From Octopus vulgaris (Eukaryota): 64,000 bases of DNA. Made by a program: the position numbers and the translations under genes. Shown here in pieces: positions 51,716 to 64,000 of this stretch. The notes below the pieces were generated by a model that saw only the letters and a list, made by a program, of their open reading frames with translations, made no database searches and was not told where the DNA came from. Numbering within the stretch: position 1 is the first letter of the stretch; each line of letters starts with the position of its first letter. Location: NCBI GenBank assembly GCA_951406725.2, contig OX597823.1:37510001-37574000 (forward strand). The letters are read 5' to 3'.

Positions 51716-54009
51716 ACAACAGGACAACTGACAAAAAGAGACAAAATTTAGTTTTATAAAGTGGTAGGACTGGTACGAGCAATAAACATTCCAGAGAGAC
51801 GACGTTGATATATAGGAGGGTGAGTGGTGTTGACTTTGTAAAATGAATGTAAATACATTCGTCTGTCTCATTCTCAGCAAACACTACAAGGGAACTAGTG
51901 GCAAACTGGTTGCAGTCGGAGTTGGCAAACAAAACTCTAAATCAAAGTTTATAAAATGTCACAAGTATTGCCGTGAAAACATTCTAACATTTCGAATATC
52001 TGAAACGTTAAGGGTTCGTTTTATTTCCCTAACTGGTACTAAAACAACATCGACACAAACGGAGACCCCCCAAAACACGATCCCGTTTAATAATTTCCTT
52101 AGTTACTCTCATCCAACAACACCCACACATCTCAAGGAGAAAATCCCCTACAAATATTCCCAAAGAAACTTTACATTCATTAAAGCATCACAAAGACTGG
52201 AATTTTTCTTACTTGAGTCCCAAATTAGCTTAGTTCTGGAGATACGACCTACATTCCCATCTGTTGTATCCATCACCAGTAGTCCTCCCTGTCTCTAACT
52301 TCTGGCCTATCATTTATAACAAAATCTCTGGTCTTTTTATACAGCCACAGAAAACCTTTCATCTTTGAAAAACCCCACACACTAAATTATATATTATGCT
52401 CTACCCACAGTGACAACTAGGAAATATGTGCTCGCTCCACCTGCTAAAATTACAAACCAAATCTAACGCAGTTAGATGATGTAGTCGTTCATACATCTAC
52501 TATGCCTGAAAATAAGACGAGATAGTCACGGCTGTAACGCCCATGGTTTACCCAAACCCGCCTGATGTCACACAGTTAACACAATGGTCCAGATTGGGAG
52601 GGTTTCTAAAGATTAGAAGCATGCACGGCCTTCACTTTGTCGAACGAGGGAGGAGAAATGGTGGAATAGTTTTAAAAATAACGAAGTCATAAGAAACTAG
52701 TTTTGGTGGAGAAAAGTTTAAAATGAAGCGTGAGAAGGAAAAGGAGAATAAAACAAAATGGCCAGGAGATAAAAGAATTTTAAAGATAAAATCTAATTAT
52801 AAAGAAACTAGAAAAGTTAGTTTGGGACGGGAGATAAGAGAAAAGAAAAAGAACAAGAGAAAGGATAGAGGGGAAGAGAGGATAAGTAAAAGAGAAAGTA
52901 AAGAGAGGAAAGAGAAAGTACAGAAAAAACGAGAGTGGGAGGAAAAGGAAAGAGAAAGTAGAGAGAAAGAAAAGTTGTGGAAAAGTTCATGTGGGGAATG
53001 GGAGAAGGACATAAAATAAATAGAAAGTTTTACACAGAAATGCAAATAATTGTATCGGAATTTCAACATAATATTTTCATATAATTTGATAAAGAAAAGT
53101 CATTCATTATACGAGAAACATGAGAAAAACCAAATTTATTTGGATATATCATCTTATATAATGGCGTAATGAAAAAATACCCTTCTTCGTCCGGGTTCAT
53201 TAATGGAGCTTATTAAAAGAGAAAAATATCCACATACAACTGGTTTTGTCTCTTTATTCGCCAAGGTGGTAGTGGCTTTCATCACATTCCACTTGGGTTA
53301 GCAGAGTAGAAGCAAAAAAAGAAAGAGGAAGAATAACAACAAAATAGAAATACTATCGTCCTTACAAGTTCAAAAGTGGGGGAGGGTATAGAGAAAGAAA
53401 TATTAACGAGATATGAAACATAAAGAGGAGGATTCATAAATATACAGTGCGAGTGCGTATGTGTATGTAAAAACACACACATTATAAGATATAGAGTAAA
53501 CAGATGAGACGTGGGGGGAGGGAAAGTTGAACAGTTGAAGGTGGCAATATGTATAACTTGGCCCAAATCTAGTTTTTGTTGCTTGTTTTTATGTTTCTTT
53601 CATTAGAGTAAACAACTCAATGAACAATTTACGTTTTATGACTGACAGGCCACAACACCAACCACACTTATAAATGAAACACACACACGTTTGTGTGTGC
53701 GTGTAATAGACAGAGGAAACTGGTAGTGATGATCTACGTCAGCAGAATTTTTCAACTTTTCGTGGGGAAAATTTATAAATTTGGAATGATTCCCGACGTA
53801 GTTTGTTATTTTTTTTTTAAAGTTTGTGAAGTTTACTAAATTGATAAAACGAAGCATTTTAATAAGGCTGTGGTGGTGGTGTTAGTATTTTTGAGAAAGA
53901 TCACAACGTGCTAACAGAGAAACTCTGAAACTTATACTCAACAACTTCCAGCAAATATTTTATATATATATATATTTATATTTATAAATATTTGATATCA
54001 GAGAATCCT

Positions 54010-54365
54010 TTTACCTTCTTGTTTCAGTCTTTAGACTACGATCAAGCTGGGTTTAGTCGAAAAAAATCGATCCCAGTACTTTTTATTTAAGCCAGGAACT
54101 TATTTTATCGGACTCGTTTGGTGAAACGTTAAGTTAAAGGGACACAAACAAAATCACCAAGCAGTTATGAGAAACAAGCACAAATATTATATAAATATGA
54201 CGGCTTTCTTTCAGTTTCCGTTCTACCAAACCCATTCACAAGGCTTTAGTTCGGTCGGGGACTATGGTAGAAGACACTTGCCCAAGGTGCCACGCAATAG
54301 GACTGAGCCCGAACCGTGTGATTGAGAAACAAACTTCTTAGCATACAGCTATACCCGAGCCTATA
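54010..54365 (-). mobile_element. SINE family B copy
   Basis: Reverse complement of the GGTTCGGGCTCAGTCC...GGCACCTTGGGCAAGTGTCTTCTAC core. Confidence 0.75.
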
Positions 54366-56605
54366 GCGACATGTATCTCCACTTCAATAACTATGGAGTG
54401 AAGGATATTTGAGAAGAATGAGCAAAAAAAATCAACCCTGTGATCTGTGGCAAATTGAAAATTATCGAGTCAAATATGTATTGAGGGGGGGGGGGTTTAC
54501 AAAAATATATAAACTACAACTTTTGTAGTTTTATAGAGGGAGGGATGTGTTGTGATAGTCATACCGTTCGAAAAGATATAAACGGTATACTTTAATACGT
54601 AAGTCTTATTAAAGGAGGTCGTAAAGCAATTAATTAGATCTACATGTTTATTATCGTCCTGGTAGCTAGCATCAACAGGAAGAAAAAAGGACAGCAACAG
54701 CCAAGGAGGAGAGTAACAAGTGAACTTGTCATTCAGGGCTCCTCGCCTTCTATCATTTTCCCTTTAAAACACGAGCAACAAGGCGACTTCTTCGTGGTCG
54801 CTCGACATGCTAGAAATAGTAGCTAATAGTCTTCAAATCACATTTTACTGCCTTGAATAAGCAAATAACACATCAGATAGTGAAATCAACATACTCTGAA
54901 GATGAGATGGTCATGTATCAAAGGAGGTCTACTCGATCAAGACTGACCTGGGGGGGCTGAACAACTTTGATGAACGAACATCGAAAATAACGAACTAAAC
55001 ATTTCAAGGACATTATCATCATCATAACGACCGTAATAAAGACGATCTCTTTAAAAACATAAAAATATTTTCTAAACGCCTTCGCCTCTCTAAGTAAAAA
55101 TATTGATCGAAACTAATTGTATCCCTTCCACTAATTAATCAAAATTCTCTTTGAAATATCTGATACACTTTGATAGTTCCATTTCCCTCAATGTGACACA
55201 CTGCCAAACTAATTCACTCCTCAATCGTATGGTTAAGTATCCACACCCTATGTTTTCCTTCGCAGTCCCATGCCTCATGTGACACTGTTTCATACATCTG
55301 AATGTAATTTTAAAATATTTTTTCACCTTTAATTTCAACTTTTCTCCCTGCACCCGTAACCTTTCTCATGAAAGTATTTAACTTCGAAGGCCAGCTACTC
55401 CAATTTTCATTTATTGTTCAGCTGTACAGTCCTACCTAAGATCTTATTCTAAGAACATCAACCTTCTAACACTCGTCTCAAGAAGTTCGATATAATTTTC
55501 TAAAATTTATTTCCCTTAAAACAGAACAAATATATTTAATTGCAGGGTGTTTCCTGAATGCGAAAAATTCTTTGACAGAGATCTTACGTAGAACTTCCAC
55601 AACAGGTCAAATAATGAAAACAGGATGGGGAAATAAAAAAAGAAAAAAACTGGTAGGAAATATAGCAGAATAGTTAGTAATAAAAAATTTTTAATATTAG
55701 CACAAGTCCACAAATTTATGGAAGGACACTGAATAAACCTGAATGTATTAAATATGAATAGAAAAATGTTGTGTTCAACAGCAAATAAGGGAGAGTGATT
55801 TCACTTTTAGGGAGGGTACTAAAAACGAGAATAATATCCCAAACAATAAAAACTATGTCCATAAGTTTTATTCACTCAAAAACACCTCCATATATATACG
55901 ACATACCAACACAAGTGTGCTCCCCAGCGACTTTGTTTCCTTATACATTATAGAGAAATAGATATTTTCAATGAACTCTACTACAAACAAGTTTCAGATG
56001 GTGTAGATTCCGTTTACATCGGAATTTCTTTTTTTTTTTTTTTTGAGAATATGCTTTATATATGGGTGGAAAGTGTAGTTTCGGAAAATTCACACGAATT
56101 GGATTTGTTTCCTCATAAATTTCAGAAAAATGGTTATTTTTTTAATGAAATTTTCTACAAATAAATACCTCTCAGTGTGTGTAGATTACCATTATATCGG
56201 AATTGAAAAAAGAAAATGGTAGGCTCGCACACAGAGATACTAACACACATCACATATAATACACAAAATGAAACTTGAAGTTTCTGAGAAAAAAATTGTG
56301 ATGTGTGTCAGTATATATATTCGCGTGCTCACCATTTTTCTTTTCACATTAAATTCCCATATCATAGTTTTACACACTTTGAGAACTTCCCTCACAACCT
56401 CGGAATAAAGTTTTTCACAACGAATACAGATATAATTATGAAATTGACAAGGAAACACTCATGTAGGAATGCCATATATATATATATATAATATATATAT
56501 ATAATATAATAATATTAGGGAGTAAATCCAAACTTACAGGGAAAAATTAGATTTAGGATTAAATCTAATTTTACAGTATAAATATATATATTAAATTATC
56601 TCTAA

Positions 56606-56647
<42 letters not shown>

Positions 56648-57190
56648 CCAGAGAGCCATATATAGTTGTATAGTGTGCCCTAACACCATCTTACCGCTAT
56701 TCATATTATACAAATATATTGAAACTAAATGTTTGCTTGCAGTTGTTTTACTTTCTGTTTCACCAACTATTTGCCATACAATCATGGTCGATCACAATGA
56801 AGTTGTTAGCTAAACTTTCTGAAGCAAAGATAATGGAGGTGGGGACAAACGTACATTCATTCACACACTAAACACACACACACATATATAATCACAAGCT
56901 CTACACACTGTCAACTAGTATATATTATTAATATTCTATCGAAATACTTTTCGTGATTCACATTAAGAACTTTTTTACATGCCAACTTGCTAGATAACTT
57001 TATTTCTTGCAAGACACGTTAAGACTACTTTCACAAAGTGTACAGACACATGAACACACACATACCTGTATACACACACACACACCCAAAACTATAGCCT
57101 TGTGTCTCCCCAATGTAGTATATTCTCTTCTATAAGGAACGTTTTCGAGGAAGTACATTACAATTATGTCGATACATCTCCAAACCTTCC

Positions 57191-57242
<52 letters not shown>

Positions 57243-57429
57243 AGAATGTGAGTTTCCTAAAATAAAAGATTAAATTATCGAATGCTGAAAAATGTATTGG
57301 GAGCAGATATAACTTCCGATTTTCATATGAGTAAACTTATGACATATATTTAAATGTATGTATGTGTGCGTGTCTGTGTGCGTGTACCGCTCAGAGGAGA
57401 TTCGTTTAAATAAATTTCTAGAATACAAA

Positions 57430-58739
57430 TTTTTAACAAACTATATAGGTATTGTATAATACATATATGCATATATATATATATATGTACATATATTTAT
57501 GAGTATATACATATATATACATACGCATATGTCTATACATATATATCTATATACATACACATGTATATGCATATATATATACATATATATATATGTGTGT
57601 GTGTGTGTGTGTATGTATATACACACACACATAGATATACGAGCTTTTTCCAGTTTCTATCTACGAAATCCACTCACAAGGCTATACAAGGTACCAAGCA
57701 GTGAGACTGAACCCGGAACCATGTGGGTGGTAAGCAAGCTACTTACCACACAGCTACTCCTATGTATGTGTGTGTGTATATATATATATATATATGTAAG
57801 TATATATATATATTTATGCGTATATATGTAAGTATATACATATATGTACATATATATACATATATATGCTTATATATACATATATATGCTTATATATACA
57901 TATATATGCTTATATATACATATATATGCATATATATATATGCTTATATATACATATATATGCATATATATATACTTATAGAGAGAATTATACGCATATA
58001 TATGTGCTTATATATACATACATATGCATATATATATGCTTATATATACATACATATGCTTATATATACATACATATGCATATATATGCTTATATATACA
58101 TACATATGCATATATATGCTTATATATACATACATATGCATATATATATGCTTATATATATATATACATACATATGCATATATATATGCTTATATGTATA
58201 TATATATTATGTGTTTGTGTATATATACATACTGGGTTCAAATTCCGCCAAGGTCGACTTTGCCTTTCATCCTTTCGGGGTCGATAAATTAAGTACCAGT
58301 TACGCACTGGGGTCGATGTAATCGACTTAATCCGTTTGTCTGTCCTCGTTTGTCCCCTCTGTGTTTAGCCCCCTGTGGGTAGTAAAGAAATATATATATA
58401 TATATATACATACATATGCATATATATTTATATATATATACATACGTATATATATATATGTATATATACATACATACATATGCATATATATTTATATATA
58501 TATACATACATATGTATATATATATATGTATATATACATACATACATATGTATATATATATATATATATATGTATGTATATATATATATATATTTACATA
58601 CATACATATGTATATATATATATAATGTGTGTGTATATATACATATATATGTATAAATACATATTGTTATATTTCGGAATGGTCATATTGCCAGTTTAGC
58701 CAATAAAAAATCTTGCACAACAAATATTTAAATGTATAA

Positions 58740-58789
<50 letters not shown>

Positions 58790-58935
58790 GCATATGTATG
58801 TATATATATATTCATATATATGTATTTATATGCATATATATTAATATACATATATATTTATATACATATATATGTATATATATATATATATACATACATA
58901 TGCATAAATGTGCATATATATATATGTATATATAT
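57430..58935. repeat. Complex (TA)n/(CATA)n/TATATGC microsatellite field with embedded SINE fragments
   Basis: Low-complexity tandem units. SINE A fragment at 58232-58390 and SINE B fragment at 57640-57760. Confidence 0.95.
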
Positions 58936-58939
58936 GCAC

Positions 58940-59625
58940 AACCTTCAAACATTAGGTCTCACCAAGGCAATAACTAGTGACGTTTGGAAATATGCTGTGC
59001 TTGAGAAGAACCAGCAAGCCAGGTGAGACCCGTGGCCTATGCCAGTGGTTTAACCAGCCCACTTATGCGCACCTCTCCTTCATTAGACACTGAACTCTGC
59101 TTGCGAAGACCTGTTGAGGCAAGTGAAATCGAAATCAAATTCGATGACAGCACTGCCTGACTGGCATCCGTGCTAGTGGAACGTTAGGAGCACCATCCGA
59201 GCGTGATCGTTGCCAAGGCCGCTGACTGGCTCCCATGTCGGTGGCACATAAAAAGCACCATATGCGCAAGATCGCTACCAGCATCGCCTTACTGGCACTT
59301 GTGCTGGTGGCAAGGGCAAAACAACATTCAAGCGAGGTCGTTGCCAGTGCCACTGGACTGGCTCCTGTGCAGGTGACACGTAAAAACACCATTTGAGCGT
59401 GGCCCATGCTAGTACCACCTGACTGGCCCTCGTGCTGGTGGTACGTAAAAGCACCCACATTACTCTCAACACTCTCGGAGTGGTTGCCGTTAGGAAGGGC
59501 ATCCAGCTGTACAAACTCTGCCAGATCAGATTGGAGCCTGGTGCAGCCATCGGACTCGCCAGTACTCAGTCACGCTGTCTGACCCATGCCGGCATGGCAA
59601 GCAGACGTTAAACGGCAATGATGAT
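58940..59625 (+). mobile_element. RTE LINE 3' end, diverged copy
   Basis: LQTLGLT...[11 protein letters not shown] end followed by the repeat-containing UTR and GATGAT tail. Confidence 0.85.
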
Positions 59626-59664
59626 ATACATATATATATATATATATATATACACATAGATATG

Positions 59665-59698
<34 letters not shown>

Positions 59699-59721
59699 CA
59701 TTTGTGTGTATATATATATAT

Positions 59722-59958
59722 ATATGGAAAAAAGGTAGAAGATGCTAAAAAAATTTCAGTACCGGTTTCAGTCATTGAGATTTTTTTCAATGGTAAGTAT
59801 GAAAAACAATTAAATTTTGTAGAATTTTCATTTAATTTCTACAAAATATAATTGCTTTCAATACTTACACTTGAAAAAGTCTCAATGACCGAAACCGGTA
59901 CTGAAATGTTTTTTATAAACTTATTTTAGCATTTTCTACCTTGACTTTGTTTCCATAC
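59722..59958. repeat. Inverted duplication with a hammerhead-like core in each arm
   Basis: TTTCAGTACCGGTTTCAGTCATTGAGA is mirrored by TCTCAATGACCGAAACCGGTACTGAAA, and the outer arms are also complementary. Confidence 0.8.
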
Positions 59959-60084
59959 ATATATATCAACTCATGTGTTTCTTTTCAACCTTCTACATAC
60001 ATATATATATATATATATATATAAATCCTTAAAAATGTTTCAGCCCAAAAGCTGCGGCCATGCTGGGGTATCACCGTTGAATGT

Positions 60085-61055
60085 GCTACACTAGTATATG
60101 AAACCACCTCTGATACGTGGCACTTGGTCAACAAGGGAGTTGAACGCCGCTGCCTGCATCTGTGTTTCCTGCCGAGAGGTAGGTTCATCTGGAACCCCTG
60201 ACAAGAGGAGATTCAGTTTAGTTTTAAAGAAACCCACATCCACACCATGCAGGTCTCTAAGGCATTTAGGAAGGATATTGAAGAGCTGTGGCCTCCTGAA
60301 ACCCAAGCTGTTGCAGTATCTGGTCCTGTATTTTGATGATGTTGAAATCTTTGGCACCATGCAGTGGCGCCCCGTTCTGCTGTTGGGATGACTTTCAATG
60401 CCAAAATTCGGAACAAGGCCCCTCAGGATTTTCCAGATGTATATCTCTGTATATCTCTCTTGCTTCACTCCAGGGAGAAGAGTTTTAATACTTTCAGTAT
60501 GTTGCATTGAGAAGATCTTCTTAGTGTAGCTTTGTTGGATTGCTTCAAGTTCTGCTGTTAACCTTCTATTGTGTGGTGACCATAGTTGGGAGCAGTAGTC
60601 CAAGCGGCTGAGGACGAATAACTTCCAAAGGACCATTAGTGTCTCCTTCTCACTTATTCTGATTGTTTGGAGGATCCATCAAGCTAGCCGTCTGTATTTA
60701 ATTACCAAATTGGCAATATGCACTTGGAAAGATGCATCATTGCTCATGTCAATGCCTAGGCCATGCACTGATTTTGACTCGGGAATTGCAATTCTTCCCG
60801 GGCCAGTGTATCCGGTCTGCATGTCATTCAGCTTTGTGTGCCGGTAGCACAGGGCTTGAAACTTTCCTGCATTAAACTGCATGTTGTCCTCAGCCCACCT
60901 GTATATTATATCCAACTCCCATTGCAGATGTGCAATATTTCCAGGGTTTTGTATTGTCTGAGAGACTTTTGTGTCATCTGCATAGCTAGCAAGGGTGGCC
61001 ATCTTAGCAACTGAGCGCAAGTCTGAAAGGGCCACTATGGACAGCTGTGGCCCCA
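60085..61055 (-). mobile_element. CR1/L2-group LINE RT 3' fragment
   Basis: YADDTK, WAEDNMQFNAGKF, LSRLDYCSQLWSP and FKTKL...VPDEP. Confidence 0.88.
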
Positions 61056-61514
61056 TATATGTATATATATATATATACATATATATGCATATATAGAAAT
61101 ATATATATACATATATATGTATATATATACACATATGTATATATATACATATATATGTATATATACATATTTATGTATACATACATATATGTATATACAT
61201 ACATATCTATCTATATATATACATATACACATATATATACATATATATATATATACACATACATATACATATATACACATATATAGATATATATATACAT
61301 ATAAACATATATATATACACATACATATATACACATATAGATATATATATACATATAAACATATATATATACACATATATATATACACAAATATAGACAT
61401 ATATATATACACATAGACATATATATATATATACATATATATACACACACATATATATACATACATACATACACACACACACATATATACATACACACAT
61501 ATATATACATACAT

Positions 61515-61563
<49 letters not shown>

Positions 61564-61641
61564 CACACACATATATATACATATATATATATATACATAC
61601 ACACACATATATATATTTATTATATATCTATACATATATTG

Positions 61642-61709
<68 letters not shown>

Positions 61710-61720
61710 CATACACACAC
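61056..61720. repeat. (TA)n/(CA)n/(CT)n microsatellite field
   Basis: Directly visible tandem dinucleotide and tetranucleotide units. Confidence 0.97.
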
Positions 61721-62180
61721 ATTGCATTTTGTTGTGCCTTGGAAGCGCCATTAGACCAGTGATAACACAGGCACAGGTTCAATTCCCCTTCTTTATTATT
61801 AGTCAATTGGTTAACTATCGAACGAACTCACTAATCGATTATTTATTTAAACGCGTTGATTAAGCAATCAATCACTTGTTTGTCCGTCAAGGTTCTTTCG
61901 TTGCTATTCGCAATCTTTTCAGTAGAAGAAAAAGAGAGAAATTAAAGCAGTAAATTCAGATTTGAAATAGGTGACAGTACGCACTTTCACTATTAAATAC
62001 TTTAACACTGGCTGGCCTTTAATGGTCAAAAATAAAACTATAATTATAGAGAAATAGATATTTCAAAACCGTTTTGAAGCGGAAGAAAGGTTTATATTTC
62101 AGACAGAGATATTACTAAAGTTGTTTTAAGTTAATGAATGTAAATAAAAAAATAAAGTTTGTGGTGATGTTTTGTCTTAC

Positions 62181-62559
62181 CTGTATGAGAGTGATTGCAA
62201 TATGTTTCCTGTTGTTTTTCAGACTGTTCACCTGATAAAACATTTGTTTCATAACTTTCCCTAACTTTTTCAGGGTCGGACTCCCCAGAAGAAGACTTGT
62301 TGCTCTCACTGTTGTTATCATGAATATCATTATTATTGTTGTTGATTTTGTTGTGTTGTTGCTGTTGGTGGTGGTGGTGATGGCCATTACAACAGTTTTC
62401 GTGTTGAGATGGCGAACTCGAAGACGTGTTCTTTACCATTTTATCGACAAGAGATGGATCCTGATCCTCCGCCATAAACTTACTTAGGCGCACCCATCCG
62501 CAGTTGTTTTTCTGTTTCTTCTGTTTATTCCTATCCGAGACTCGTGGAAGTGAAGCCAT
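62181..62559 (-). CDS. IRF: IRF1/2-like gene, probable coding exon 1 (His/Gln/Asn/Ser-rich N-terminal extension)
   Basis: ATG at 62559 opens MASLPRV...CNHSHT and ends at donor ACAG|GTAAGA (62181/62180). The 379 nt leave phase 1, and G+AG gives GAG in frame with the acceptor at 35246. The link across a 27 kb intron is inferred from phase and strand only. Confidence 0.7.
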
Positions 62560-63200
62560 TAATTTTTCAACAGGGTCTCTCTCTGTGTATATTTCTGTGT
62601 AGGTGTGTATTATAATGGTCTACAGAATCCGTGCATGTGTGAAGGCGAAGAAGGAAAAAGAAAAAGGAGGGCAAACAGCAGAAGAGCGGGGACGGTAACA
62701 AGTTATAGAGAAACTGTGTCGCCTCGCCTTTCTAGTAATGACAAATAGAGAAGGGAGGGTTTCAAAGTTGTAAACTTTCTGCTTATCAATGTCTTCCTAT
62801 ACAATAACCAGGATGGGTGATAGTAAAAAGTTGAGTTATTAACGTCGACAACGAGAATTTGTTATGGTGGAATGGATTTAACTCGAAATAGTTGAAAAAA
62901 ATGAATAATAAAACCGGAACTAAAGCGAGAGGCACCTTTGGCGGTCGTTTCCTGTCTTTCATGGCACAGCACGTGGCCAACCAAACTTTTTGTCACTTTC
63001 ACCTCCGGATTTCTTCTCCCCTTTCTTCTAGCTTTAAATCATATTTAAAGCAATCCTTACATTTCTAGCTTACTATTTGCTAAATCAAAGCAAGCATTCA
63101 CATAAACAACTATTTCCTCCAACTAACTTATCTCACCCACTTTCATATTCACACACACACGCCTTCTTTCTTTACTTTCTCACAAAAACAATTGACGCCA

Positions 63201-63217
63201 TTTTCAGTTTCGCTTTT
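63201..63217 (-). promoter_or_regulatory. IRF-E/ISRE-like site upstream of exon 1
   Basis: Minus strand reads AAAAGCGAAACTGAAAA, about 640 bp upstream of the ATG. Motif match only. Confidence 0.5.
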
Positions 63218-63751
63218 ATTTTATCAGCAAAAAGTTTTCTCTCTTACAGTTTCTCTAAATTTAACATCAGTTTTTAATTCTTTAATAGGGATTCAATATT
63301 ACATTAAATAACGATTGTACATATTAGAAAATTAATTAAATAAAGATATTGTCACTTTAGAAATAAAAAAAAAATTAAAAGAAAATAGCTGATATTTAAA
63401 TAGTTAACTGAATCAGCAAAAATTGCTTTACTTCTTTAAACAAATTCATCGCACATGTACACACACATATACAATCGGTTTGTGTGTGTGTGTGTGTATA
63501 GGAATGTGTGTGTGAAAGTATATGCATGTACATTATATACATTAACAAATAGGTAAATATATTATAAACATGCATATATTTATACACACACACATATTAT
63601 ACATTTGAGAGACGGAGAGGGGGGGGGCCTGTTGCTCCATTTCTGGTTCAGATTGGTGCTTATATGCCTAATATACGCTACACATACAGCTGTGTATAAT
63701 GTACATATTCATACGTGGATATTGCAAAATATAAGTATTTAAACACAGTTA

Positions 63752-63793
<42 letters not shown>

Positions 63794-64000
63794 ACAAACG
63801 TATGTATATATAGACAACTACACGAACACCCACACTCAGTCACATATAACTTAAACTTTGATAACTTTGATAGGTTTCGGCCAGTATAGGCTCCGGCGAT
63901 ATCTAACTTAATAGGACCACCTACATATATGTAGGAAATACGCACACAAACACATACATACATGTATTTATATACAAGAGTTATGAAAAAAATCCTCAAC

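Noticed and set aside
52723-53069. K/E/R-rich 98-aa ORF
   Set aside because: Product of a purine-rich low-complexity tract with no splice or homology support.
57441-58977. Many ORFs rich in Y/I/C/M/H
   Set aside because: They are translations of (TA)n/(CA)n microsatellites.
61004-61863. ORFs up to 199 aa
   Set aside because: Microsatellite read-through with no coding signal.

Overview
AT-rich, repeat-dense eukaryotic DNA. The SINE/RTE repeat set and the long (TA)n/(CAT)n tracts suggest an octopod cephalopod, which is an inference. One host gene is supported: a minus-strand IRF1/IRF2-type interferon regulatory factor with five coding exons (62559-62181, 35246-35028, 19675-19520, 17533-16907, 15148-14799). 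These are joined by four GT-AG phase-1 introns into 1731 nt (576 aa). The protein has a long low-complexity N-terminal extension, a DNA-binding domain with Phe in place of the fifth canonical Trp, and candidate SID-like, HCF-binding and SUMO motifs. Strong ISRE/IRF-E sites lie upstream of exon 1 and as a pair inside intron 1, suggesting autoregulation. The rest is mobile DNA: two decayed Gypsy elements, several RTE LINEs (one young, with a PHD finger inside its RT ORF), L1/Tx1, CR1-group and R4-like remnants, a DD37E Tc1 element, MITEs, tRNA-type SINEs and two hammerhead-like motifs. Boundaries of old repeats are approximate, and no database search was run.
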